Assembly (NCBI GenBank): GCA_010909165.1
Contig: VJWM01000204.1
Span: 186,001-250,000, forward strand
DNA: 64,000 bases
Direction: 5' to 3'
Source: Anthoceros angustus
Taxonomy: Eukaryota; Plantae; Anthocerotophyta
Position 1 is the first letter of the stretch, and every line of letters starts with the position of its first letter. The notes under the pieces are model-generated. The model saw only the letters and a list, made by a program, of their open reading frames with translations, searched no databases and was not told the origin of the DNA. Below are positions 36,792 through 48,589 of this stretch, piece by piece. Both the position numbers and the translations under genes were made by a program.

Positions 36792-39302
36792 CACCTACTG
36801 TGTAATCAGGGACATGCGGTTGTAGAGAGGCGAGCTCGGATCTTTTCCTGGCACAGACTGATCCCGTGATGGTGGAGGCTGGGCGGAACTGGCGAAACTA
36901 GGGTCCATTGTTTAATAGCCTGCATTTTTGGATGACTACCGTAACCTGAAGCTGACACGCCAACGGCGGTGCGCCAAACGATAGCCCGCAGACAGCAAGG
37001 CAACCCTTTTCGCCCCTGTACTCTTGACCATCTGTGTGGAGTATGTGCCTACATACATATATAAAACGCTGCTTACCAAAGCTTGGGATTTAGATACAAA
37101 ATTCAAATCAGATACAAACTCAACTTCCCATCTTTTAGGCAATAATGCATCTGTCCCTCAACTAGCTAGTAAAATATCGTGCAATATTTTACTTAGTATT
37201 ATTATATATAATAATACTAATAATTTTAGTATAATATATAAGATAAGATAATATATCATAGATATATAAATCATTCATAAGATGTATAGTAGAATACAAG
37301 AGTCAGCTGCCAACCACCCCAAGTGTCAATCACCCCAATAGGTGTCTTCAGGCCTTTTTCACACCGTGATTAAGCATCCTGAGCTTGGATCGGTACTTAG
37401 ATGGGGTGCCTGAAGGGACTGGATGCCCTTGGTGCAAGTAGCTTAGGCACACCATGGTACAAGTTGTTAAGTACCAAGTCCCATGACGGAAATCCGTCCT
37501 TAGTGGACTTAAATAAAATTCTTCTTCTTCTTCTTCTTTTGCTATGTTTCTTTGCAGGTCTCTTAATCTGATGAACAGAGAGAGCTTAGGAACATGAACA
37601 CATCTCTCAACTTGATGAACAAATGAGCATAGGAACATTAACCCCAAAATGCTTAATAGGCTCATTTTGAGTTGATTCGTAGACAATTGTTGTGTTTTTC
37701 TTTTTTGTGGTGCCTCACCATATATGCCGCAACCTTGAGTGAAGTTTGCTGCACGATTGCCCAGCATGCCAAATTTTACAGAGGATAAATCACCGTTTCT
37801 ATCAACAATAACGAGCTCATCGAACAAAGAGATTCCAAGAGATGTTTTATTCTCATATTTTTCGTTTAAAAGGGAAGATTTTATTGAGGTGAAAAAACGA
37901 TGGGAAAGCCCATCTAGGAGGGGACAACCAAAGGGGACCAGAGGGTCGAGGTGAAGAGGAGCAACTGAGCTCCCTACCTAAAGTCACCTACTGCACCCAC
38001 AATGTCATATGCAGGAAGAATAAACGGCCTGCAAACCACGGAGGTAGAGGAAGATGCGTCACCTACTGTGTAATCAGGGACATGCGGTTGTAGAGAGGCG
38101 AGCTCGGATCTTTTCCTGGCACAGACTGATCCCGTGATGGTGGAGGCTGGGCGGAACTGGCGAAACTAGGGTCCATTGTTTAATAGCCTGCATTTTTGGA
38201 TGACTACCGTAACCTGAAGCTGACACGCCAACGGCGGTGCGCCAAACGATAGCCCGCAGACAGCAAGGCAACCCTTTTCGCCCCTGTACTTGACCATCTG
38301 TGGAGTATGTGCCTACATACATATATAAAACGCTGCTTACCAAAGCTTGGGATTTAGATACAAAATTCAAATCAGATACAAACTCAACTTCCCATCTTTT
38401 AGGCAATAATGCATCTGTCCTCAACTAGTAAAATATCGTGCAATATTTTACTTAGTATTATTATATATAATACTAATAATTTTAGTATAATATATAAGAT
38501 AAGATAATATATCATAGATATATAAATCATTCATAAGATGTATAGTAGAATACAAGAGTCACCGCCAACCACCCCAAGTGTCAATCACCCCAATAGGTGT
38601 CTTCGTGCCTTTTCACACCGTGATTAAGCATCCCGAGCTTGGATCGGTACTTAGATGGGGTGCTCAAGGACCTGGATGCCCTTGGTGCAAGTAGGCACAC
38701 CATGGTACAAGTTGTTAAGTACCAAGTCCCATGACGTAAATCCGTCCTTAGTGGACTTAAATAAAATTCTTCTTCTTCTTCTTCTTTTGCTATGTTTCTT
38801 TGCAGGTCTCTTAATCTGATGAACAGAGAGAGCTTAGGAACATGAACACATCTCTCAACTTGATGAACAAATGAGCATAGGAACATTAACCCCAAAATGC
38901 TTAATAGGCTCATTTTGAGTTGATTCGTAGACAATTGTTGTGTTTCTTTTTGTGGTGCCTCACCATATGCCGCAACCTTGAGTGAAGTTGTCGACGATTG
39001 CCCAAAGATGCCAAATTTTACAGAGGATAAATCACCGCTTTCTATCAACAATAACGAGCTCATCGAACAAAGAGATTCCAAGAGATGTTTTATTCTCATA
39101 TTTTTCTTAAAAGGGAAGATTTTATTGAGGTGAAAAAAGCGATGGGAAAGCCCATCTAGGAGGGGACAACCAAAGGGGAGAGGGTCGAGGTGAAGAGGAG
39201 CAACCGAGCTCCTACCTAAAGTCACCCACGCACCCACAATGTCATATGCGGGAAGAATAAACGGCTGCAAACCACGGAGGTAGAGGAAGATGCGTCACCT
39301 AC
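36792..39302. repeat. Tandem duplication with units 36792-38059 and 38060-39295, bounded by CACCTAC microhomology
   Basis: cacctactgtgtaatcagggacatgcgg starts at 36792 and 38060, and cacctac recurs at 39296. The units are near identical apart from small indels and substitutions. Confidence 0.93.
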
Positions 39303-40140
39303 AGTCGTCGCCTTGTGGAGGATCGCCGTTGAGAGCGCCCGTTGAAGGGCAATTGAAACCCGTTGTCGGAAGTATGCTATGAAGTACGAGAGGGACAGCC
39401 CCGCACCATGTCTACGCGCATGGTAGGCTTTGGCACAGGACTTGACAAATTTGTCAAAGTCCTCAACCATTGCCCCATACATTTCTAGTGCAAGTAGAAT
39501 AAAGAGGTGGCCCGCTTGCATCCTGTTATATTTGTGGACCTTGAGAGCCGCTGCTCCTGCAGCAGCCCAACCTGGACAGTACCTGAGCGGAGATGGTGTC
39601 ACGTGTAGGATCGGTAACCACCACATCTGCCACCGAAACCTGGTCACCACGGACAAGGTACAGGTCAGCCCTAGCCTAATTGAACGACCTGTACGGAGAG
39701 TATACACCCGCTCCCTGGGCCATGGCGCGGCATGAACATATCGCGGATGGCGTGAGTGGCAATGCGATGACCCGTGGGGACAACGAGCAAGGTGTACCCG
39801 TAATCATCGAGGCGAGCCGCACTCGCAAATAAGGAGCGAAGAAGCCACAGTGGAGCGAGCCAAGATGTAATCGCATCGCAGATGGTGAAGGTGGTTGGTG
39901 CGATGTGAAACCCCGAATGCATGGGCGAGCCAATAGCTACACTGCGCCCTTCCAGCAAGAGCGAGCCAAAGATGTAATCGCATCGCAGAGTGAAGGTGGT
40001 TGGTGCGATGTGAAACCCCGAATGCATGGGCGAGCCAGCTGCTACACTGCGCCCTTCCAGCAAGAGCGCTCTTGTGGACTGGAATGGAGGGGTCTGGAGG
40101 ATGATGAAAGCTGGCCGAGCTTCTCGAAAGGAAACTCAGA
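39100..40140 (-). mobile_element. 5'-truncated, degenerate non-LTR retrotransposon with restriction-like endonuclease (CRE/R2-group)
   Basis: Zn-knuckle remnant (CECG..LDDYG..H..RIATHAIRD), K..KY, LALEMYG and YFRQRVSIALQRA as in RLE C-termini. The 3' UTR ends in AATAAA plus an A-rich tail near 39100. Internal duplication of about 105 bp at 39853-40067. Confidence 0.72.
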
Positions 40141-40423
40141 GGGAACAAGTAGAGAGAATGAATTCGTTAACACACACAGGAATATACATGCATAAACTCA
40201 TCCCTCTATAAAGGAGAACATCAATCTTCATTGAACAAACCTTAACAACTGTAGATCACACGATTATTAGAAAGATATTTGCAAGAATGTGAGATTTTGA
40301 AGTTCATGGTGCAGAGGAACTATTTCGGCTTAGGTGTCGCCCTTTGGGTAATTTACGTGCCCTCTAGGGAAACCTGTAGAGAACAAGTAGAGAGAATGAA
40401 TTCGTTAACACACGCCGTAATAT

Positions 40424-41870
40424 AACCGCGTCTATTTAGAAAGGGGTTTCTCCTGTCAAAAGGGATTTTGGAAAAAATCCCAACCCTATTTCGCCGGAAA
40501 CTGAAGTTGGTTTGGTTTTTGTTGGTTTTTGTAGGTGTTCATCCATCGGTTTGCATTCGCCCGCACCACGTCGAGTCATTTACACGTTGGCACCTTATAC
40601 TCGGGTTCATGGCGATTTAGTCGGTGTGATGAAGGGCCGAACCTCATTGTTCCATAATTTCGTCATGTCCGTAGTTTCTACATTTGTGTCGTTTGTATGT
40701 TTTGTATACGGGGCGCCACTTACGCGCCTAAACAACGCTATGTGCAAACTTGTGCATGCATTGTGCAAAAAGAACGCGAAAAATGATCTTCTAATGGGGA
40801 AGCATGTCCTTTTGGCGGTCTGAGGATGTGCCGGAACTCCCGACAAAATAACAAGTAGCAAACATCGGCGGAGGTTCACCTAGACCACTCTTATATACCT
40901 ATCCTATGCCCTAATGCGACGAAGAACACCCTATCCCCTTTTTATTCTTTACGGTGTTTCCGCCTTTTTCGGCGGTGACCTAGTACCGGGTTATCATCAA
41001 ACATGCCAGGGGGGCCCAGCTGGGTAAACAAGTGCATGCACCAACGGGTAGCGGGCAGACTTATGCGCGCACCACGGGCAAGGGGCTGCACGACCTGGGG
41101 CAGGAGGGCCGGGTGCGCGCATCGTGGGCAAGGAGGGCCTGCCAGACTTATGCGCGCACCACGGGCAAGGGGCCCTGTGCGCACTGGGGCAAGGAGGTGC
41201 GCGCACTTGTGCGCATCGTGGGCAAGCCCGAGGCGCACAGCAAGGACGCCTGCGAATGTGTTGTGGAACCAGCCGGGCCTCGCATGTTTGATGATAACCC
41301 GGTGCTAGGTCACGAAAAGGCGGAAACACCGTAAAGAATAAAAAGGGATAGGGTGTTCTCACGCATTAGGGCATAGGATAGGTATATAAGAGTGGTCTAG
41401 GTGAACCTCCGTCCGCTACTTGTTATTTTGTCGGGAGTTCCAAGACATCCTCGACCGCCCAAAGGACATGCTTCCCCATTAGAAGATCATTTTTCACGTT
41501 CTTTTTGCACAATGCATGCACAAGTTTGCACATAGCATTGTTTAGGCGCGCACTTATGCGCGCCTAGGCCCCCCTGGTATACAAAAACATACAAAACGAC
41601 ACAAAATGTAGAAACTACGGACATGACGAAATTATGGAACAATGAGGTCACTGGCCCTTCATCACACCGACTAAATCGCCATGAACCTGAGTATAAGGTG
41701 CCAACATGTAAATGACTGACCTAAGTGGTGCCGAGCCGAGAATGCCCGAAACCGATGGATGAACACCTACAAAACCAACAAAACCAAACCAACTTCGGCC
41801 GGAAATAGGGTTGGGATTTTTTCCAAAACCCCTTTTGATAGAAGAAACCCCTTTCTAAACACACGCTGTT
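40424..41870. mobile_element. Non-autonomous foldback/long-TIR DNA element (about 1.45 kb; arms about 40424-41006 and 41282-41870)
   Basis: Left arm tttagaaaggggtttc...gggttatcatcaaacatgc is the reverse complement of right arm gcatgtttgatgataaccc...gaaacccctttctaaa. The GC-rich core has cttatgcgcgcaccacgggcaagggg twice. Confidence 0.9.
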
Positions 41871-42328
41871 GACTATGGAATATGGACCCTGTTTTGGTTT
41901 ACATAGAGGCTTCTAGTGTTGTCTTCTTTGGTGAATCCAACGAGGTGCCAGATGTACCACAGAGGCATCGAGCCTTTTATCTCTTGAAAAAGATCATTTG
42001 TGGTATTTGGACTCGATAATAATGGTGATGTCACTTTGAAAACATGACTACACAATTGTTTTAGGTACTATTTTAATTATGCAAAAGGCGTCCAAAAGTT
42101 ATGGAAGAGGATTTGTATATTCACCCCCTTCAAAATTTATCGTGTTAGTCTAACATGAACTAGAAAATTTCTTTTTTTTCCTAGTTCGAATTGAGCTATG
42201 CTTTGAGAGACTTTTATGGAAGTCCTCTGACTCTTCAAAATTTTCATTCTTGGGGTAAGCGCCCTATCTTAGTAATCATCCACCCCAATGGCATTTTACT
42301 GCAGAGTTTCGAAAAATTTTTATGCTAT

Positions 42329-42510
42329 GTGTCAAAGTTGTCGCTTGAGCAAAGTTAGAGAATGTTTACGAATTGCCTTGTTCACGAACTACATGAACTA
42401 GACGTTTGATTGCGGGGTTTCGAATAAACTTTATACTATATGTCCAAGTTGTCGCTTGAGCAAAGTTAGAGAATGTTGACGAATTGCTTTGTTCACGAAC
42501 TGCGTGAATT
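42329..42510. repeat. Direct repeat of about 70 bp x2 in an AT-rich TE-like tract
   Basis: aagttgtcgcttgagcaaagttagagaatgtt..cgaattgc.ttgttcacgaact occurs at about 42335 and about 42446. Confidence 0.85.
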
Positions 42511-43221
42511 GGACACTAACCATGAACCCATTAGCAACTAGGATGAGGTACCTACCATTTCCAATTGTTCTTGGCTCCCAAACCTAATATGTTACTACCA
42601 TTTTGGATTTTCTAATAATATCTTCTTGATCCTTTGCATAAATTTTTGTTTAGCTTCCTTTCACATGAGGTAAGATAATTAATACATTCTTCGTGGTCTT
42701 TTGGATTGGGGGGCTACCTAGGTTGCGTTAATGCTAATTTATAATTGTCTTGTCTCTGATGGTAAAAATCTATTAGATCCAAAAGGTCCTTCTAATTTTG
42801 ATTCCATGCTTCAAACCTTATACATAATCTCCATATTTTACTTAGTAATATACTTGGTTAAAGATATTTTTAAATAGTTAATATAATAGTGGTATAAAAT
42901 GCCGTCTAACAGTTTAACAGAACGCCGTCGAAACACATGTCCTCACTAAGCCGAGTAAACGATTCGACACGAACCAGGATTTCCGCGCGACTCATCAGGT
43001 ATCTACACCCGGACCGCGGGACGGGGACATAAGTGTGCGATGGAACTACATAAACAAATAGTTTGCATTCGAGCCATCAAATGACACACTGGTCGAATAA
43101 GTCGAGGCTCCTCTTCAAAAAATAGAGCCTGCGCATAAATTTGAGAAATTTGTGATCTACACGCAGTGAAGGGCGTTCCGACTCAGTTCATATCCTGGAT
43201 CACAGGGATCAGTTCATGAAC

Positions 43222-43325
43222 TTGTCTTCGAACTTAAAGGCTGGGTGATGAAGGACCTTGGAGTCACACCGGTTTGTCTTCGAACTTAAAGGCTGGGTGA
43301 TGAAGGACCTTGAAGTCACACCGGT
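43222..43325. repeat. 52-bp tandem duplication
   Basis: ttgtcttcgaacttaaaggctgggtgatgaaggaccttg(g/a)agtcacaccggt occurs twice. Confidence 0.92.
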
Positions 43326-43739
43326 AATCCACAGCAAGTCCTGGTCACATGACCCTGAGCCTTCCAAAATCCTCTTTGTCACCTCATCCAGTCAGAGACA
43401 CACACACACATCCAGTCAGTTCTCTGTTGGTAATGCAGGCAAGACCTTGATCAGGCTTGGTGCCTGGGTATTCGGGTGTATGGGACACAGGAGAGGAGGA
43501 TGCAATGCATAGGTGGACGAATACACGACAGCCAGTCACCAACTTTCACAAGTCTTCCAGCTCACAACATCAACAGTCACCGTTCACTTCACATAAAGAT
43601 GTTAGGATCCTTGGAACAGAATCGAGGGCTGTAGGGATAGAACAGCACGCACGTTAGCAGTAGGTGATGCAGGATATGCAGGAAACGACACACAGGACAA
43701 CTTGGATCACACCAGCATGAGGAAGCGGAGCCTCAATTC

Positions 43740-44030
43740 TTGCTCTCCCCTTGCTTGTACAACTGCAGCCTCTAGATTTATGCTCCAGCCGAGGCGGAAG
43801 GTCTTTGTTTGTTTGAAGCTAATCCCGCCATTCACAGCGTCACCTGCTTGAATATCCTGCGCATCAAGTATCCTAGGAAAATGGCGATGTAAGCCAGGCC
43901 CACATCCGAACCAAGCTTTTGAAACGGCTCTTATCCCACGGACCTAGACTGCGAGAGCAGGTTCAACCCTTCTGAGATCAGCCGTTGTCACCCGTGAAGG
44001 CACCACTTCTTCTTCACTTGACATGGCAAT
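43740..44030 (-). pseudogene. Relic homologous to the 3' part of the F-box-like pseudogene at 55500-55750
   Basis: Shares aagaagtggt..ttcacg..tgacaac.gct.atctcagaagg, tttcaaaagctt.gt..gatgtgggcctggct and gattcaagcagg with 55500-55750. Confidence 0.6.
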
Positions 44031-44361
44031 TCGGCTAATTTCAGCTGCCGAAGCTCTTCAGGACCTTGGAGTGCTAGCCTCCGTGGGCTTGTTGGTCTTC
44101 GGAGCTGCCAGGCGTTGTCTTGAGCATACGAGATGGCACCGTGGAATCAAGGAGGTCTCAACGGGTTAGCTACATGTATCTATATAACCCATACCTATTG
44201 CTAGACGTAAACACCACCTCGAAAACATACCATAGTCAGTGGGAAGCCAGACTTCGCTGTTGAACCTGTTCACGGTCAACAGATGTGAAGCATCCTCTGA
44301 ATGGGCGTATGCACGTCTCATGATGCAAAGCCTGGCTATGTACCCATGGACGTACATGTAA

Positions 44362-46560
44362 CTATCGAGCCCTTGTTATTGCAACCACCCTGATGCCACC
44401 CGCGATGCTGAGTACGATATTCTTGTGATAACGAATCTGCTGCCCAGGAACAAGCTGGAACTTGAAGAAGCGGCACAGCACGGCCATCACTATTTTGGTC
44501 TGCAAGTAGGCTGCGTCCTTGCCCAAGCAGTTACGCGGTCCCGCCTGATGGAAAGCATTGGGTCACGACTGACAGTCAGACCTAGACCTTGAGAAATGCA
44601 GAGCAGCGGAGTTGTGTTGTGCAGAAGGCCAAGCACGTGAAGTGGCCATCACCTGAAAAGCCGTGAACTTGAAAGGCGAGGCTGGCTGAAACACACCGTT
44701 TTTGAGCCATCTTTCGGGCTTGAACTCCAAAGCATCGGGACCCCAGAGACTTGTCAACCGCCCCATTGAGTAGGGCACGTAGCAGATATGGTCTCCTTTG
44801 CTCACCCTAATTCCATTGGGCAGCACATCGTCTGCCAGTGATCCCTTAACGTCCTGCACCAGAGGCACCTAGGGTCAGTGTCGACGGTTTAGGGTAAGCA
44901 GCACTGCTGGTCCGCTCCTTGACCATCTGTTAAGCCTCATAGCTCTCAGTCTACCTGCGGAAGAGAGGGGTGAAGCCGGAGGGTTTCGGTTACAGCAGCA
45001 TGCAAGTACTCGAAACTGGACACAATGCCCTCGTATCCGAGAAGCTGAACAAACTCCTCAACTCGTTTGTTGAGCTCAGTCTCGTCCAAGGACTCCAGGC
45101 TGACGTCCTCACCTGACCAAATAGGCAAAGGCAAATGAGTCTGCAAGCTTGGCCATAAACGAGAAACACGCACTCCTGTCATAAGTGCCTCAAGCTTACC
45201 AGTTCGTTGTTTTCTCTCAAACGCACAGACCTCCTCATAGATTTTGTCACCAACCTCGGGATGGATACACAAACAGTACATAAACCAGGAGAGTGTGGAA
45301 GCCGTAGTGTCACGTCCAGCAAGGATGAAGTTCAAGACTGAGTCGCGGAGGGCCTTATCCGCAGCGTCCTTGCTCAACTTCTCCTCATTCCCTTCCTCAC
45401 TTAGCAACATCAACCTGGAAAGAAGGTCTGCCCTGGTCTGAACAACCACCGACTTGTAAACATCCAAACTTCCAAGACAGGAATGTGAAACCGAAGGCAA
45501 ATGGAGGGGGATAGAATCTCACCGGCTTCGCATCCTGCGTCTGCGCTTCCAGCTCCGCTCTTCGGGTGCGGATAATTTGATAGGTGAAATCATCGAGGTA
45601 CGAGCACAGTCTGGGCAAGGCAGCTTCTGCACCGAGATGGAATCTGCGTTTCAGTTTCCAGAGTGGGTCCGCAAACCGATTGCTGCAAATTCTGCTCGCT
45701 TGTTCAAATGCTCGAGCAAAGGGCACGTCCGGCAAATGAGGCGACAGGCTTCCCAAATCCACCCCAAACGCAACTTTGCAGATGGAGTCCAAAGTCAGGC
45801 GCATGAACAGGTCCTGGACACATGGACGTCCCAACCTGAAGGTTGCACCCTGACTCATCCAAGTACGCAATCCCCTTCAGTGCAGACAACCAGTGAGCAT
45901 GTGGGTCACCTGCATCTCGAGAGATTTATGGTCGAAGCATGCGCGGGTGATCAAGGAGGCAAGAGCCAGCGCATTGCTTTGGTGCACAACTGAGCTGAGA
46001 TCACGGAACACCTTGGATGAAAACTCCAAGCTCCCTGCCTTCCGTTGCTTCTTCCACATCTCCCCATCCGTATTCAAGATTCCATCTCCCAGCAATGGTT
46101 CCATGTTCATGTGAAAGACTTCCCCCTGCCCACATTAGTTGATCACATCAAATGCATCCACTGACTACAACACGACAAAACATGTTGAGCATCTCCCAAC
46201 AGCTGTTGCTTGCAGGTGGTGTGTACCTTGGGGTAGTTGGGGAAGTTGGTCTTGAGAACATGCTCGCAGACGGCGGGATCAGCTGTAAACAGGACGGTCT
46301 GGCCTCCCGCGCATTCGAAAGGTGAGAGCTCCGGTGACAAAGTAGTCTGTAAGCCAGTCGTGCATCCTCTCAAAGTTGTGTAACACCTCAAAGAGTGAGC
46401 CAAATATGGGCCAACACTTGGGACCTGATGGCATCGATCCACCCTGCTGCCGCCTGTGAATGACAACCCACAGGATGGTGGAGAGGAGAAGGAACAGGGC
46501 ACTCAACAGCGCCAACAAGAACCCGGCGTGATCAGTGCTCCCTGCAGTGGCGACTTCCAT
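44362..46560 (-). CDS. CYP704: Cytochrome P450, CYP704-like (CYP86 clan fatty-acid omega-hydroxylase), copy A
   Basis: TM anchor + [43 protein letters not shown]-helix [24 protein letters not shown] and heme motif [11 protein letters not shown] 2-bp indel near 46310 is probably a sequencing error. Confidence 0.9.
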
Positions 46561-46779
46561 GTCGCAGACCTGCTCGTGGCAGTGGCACAAGTTAGGAAGC
46601 CCTCCCAAGTTGCCGTCACCAAGCAGCTCGAATGTCGGCAAGCTGAAGCTCAATTATCTTATGGCATCTCGCAAGCAAAGTTCGAATCGAACCTGAAGAC
46701 ATCTCGAAGTCCTCAATCCGAATGTATCATAGTTTTCACATCATGGGACTGCATGGGAGCGGCTTAGGAGGTCCCATTT

Positions 46780-47705
46780 AAGCAGGTGTAGATAACCCAT
46801 GCCCATTGCTCTAAAACAATACCTGGGAAGGATACCATAGGTAGTCAGTCGGAAGCCACACTTCGCTGTTGCACAGGTGCGAAGTGACATGATGCAAGCC
46901 TGGTTAGTCTACATATCTGCCCAGGGATGTACAAGTAACTAACGAGAACGTATTGTTGGAGCCACTCTAAGTCTACACATCGATACCCTTGTTTGTGAAA
47001 CCCTAATGCGGCGAGCTTATCACTTAACCTGGCCGTGCAAGCCCTGATATTTGTAGTGATGCACTCCACTGTCGTGATACACTGGTTTACGATGGTGATG
47101 CGGCAATGCCGCTCAAGCGAAAGCCTGCTTAGACTAACAGGCTTTCGAATGTCACTTAGCACGCCATTTGTGGAGCGTTGCTTAAACCTCGGCACATGTG
47201 CAGGGGTGTCCTTCTCAGAGCTATGTAAAAGGGAGGATGTGGATGTGCAGGGTGTGTGTTCTTCTCATAGCTATGTAGGGAGGATGTGGGGAGGTGTGAT
47301 ACCGCTTTTGAAATCAAGGAGCTGAGTCTCACTGAGAAGGTCTGCACTGGTCTGAACAACCGCCGACTTGTAAACATCCAAACTTCAAAGACAGGAGTGA
47401 GAGCGACGAGGTAATGGTGGGGATAGAGTCTCACCGGTTTCTCATCTTGCGTCAGCCTGTTTCAGTTGCAACAGTTTCCAGATACGCTCTTCGGGTTGGG
47501 ATAACTTGATAGGTGAGATCATAAGTTGTAGATCACCTCAAACAGTGAGCCAAATATGGGCCAACACTTGGGACCTGATGGCATCGATCCATCCTGCTGC
47601 CGCCTGCGCATGACAGCCCACAGGATGGTGGTGTGGAGAACTGGGCACTGAACAGCGCCAACAAGATCCTGATTTGATCAGTGCTCCCTGCAGTGGGGCT
47701 TCCAT
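46780..47705 (-). pseudogene. Internally deleted CYP704 relic (start of exon 1 fused to the end of exon 3, then unrelated insert and 3' flank)
   Basis: [24 protein letters not shown] jumps to TYQVI..TQDEKP/intron/ADLLS, then non-CYP sequence 46960-47330, then a CYP-type 3' flank. Confidence 0.8.
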
Positions 47706-48589
47706 GTCGCAGACCTGCTCGTGGCACAAGATTTCCTACATGAGACAACGTCTCCCAGTCATCGCCCTCAAGCAGCTCAAATTTTGGCAGGCTGCTCACC
47801 ATGCTCCTAGCTTATCACCATGGCTAAGCCCTGTTGGCGTCACAACTTTGAATCACTCTTTTATTAGTGACATATTTCGATGGCTTCCTATGCACAAAGT
47901 AGTTTTGACCTCCTCTGGTCGGTGCCCTGAGGCCCAGACTCCTTTTCCCAAGCAAATCCAGTCCATTCACTTCTTTTGGAGTTCCTTATCGCCGCTCACC
48001 CCAACCAATTAACCAGGCAGATATCAAGACGTTGAATGCAAGGCCTTGCAGAATCCTGATTGTCACTTCATTCTGTCGGCCACACACATTCCACTTGTTA
48101 TCTGTTGCTAATGCAGGCAAGACGCCGATCAGGGCCAATGCTGAGGTATTCGACTGTATGGGACCCAGGAGGATGAAATGCATAGGTGGACCACAGCCAG
48201 CACAAACATCCACATGTCTTCCCGATCGCATCAGCAGTCAGCCATTCAATTCACATAAAGAAGCATCAATGCAAGCCTTCTCCATGCGGGCCCATGGAGG
48301 CTAGCACATCAGGGTGCTGAAGGTTTTCTGGTCCTTGGAGCTATGGGCTGTCTTGGGCTTACAAGATAGGAATATGGCATCAAGAACGTCTCAATGGGTT
48401 GGCTACATGTATGTAGATAACACATACCCATTGATATATGTAAGAATTACCTCCAAAAGATGGCATAGTCAATCGGACGCCAGAACTTCGCTGTAACCTG
48501 TTCACGGTCAACAGATCTGAAGCATCTTGTGAATCTGCGGGTGTACGTTCCATAATGCAAACCCTGGCTATGTGCCCATGTACAAGGAA

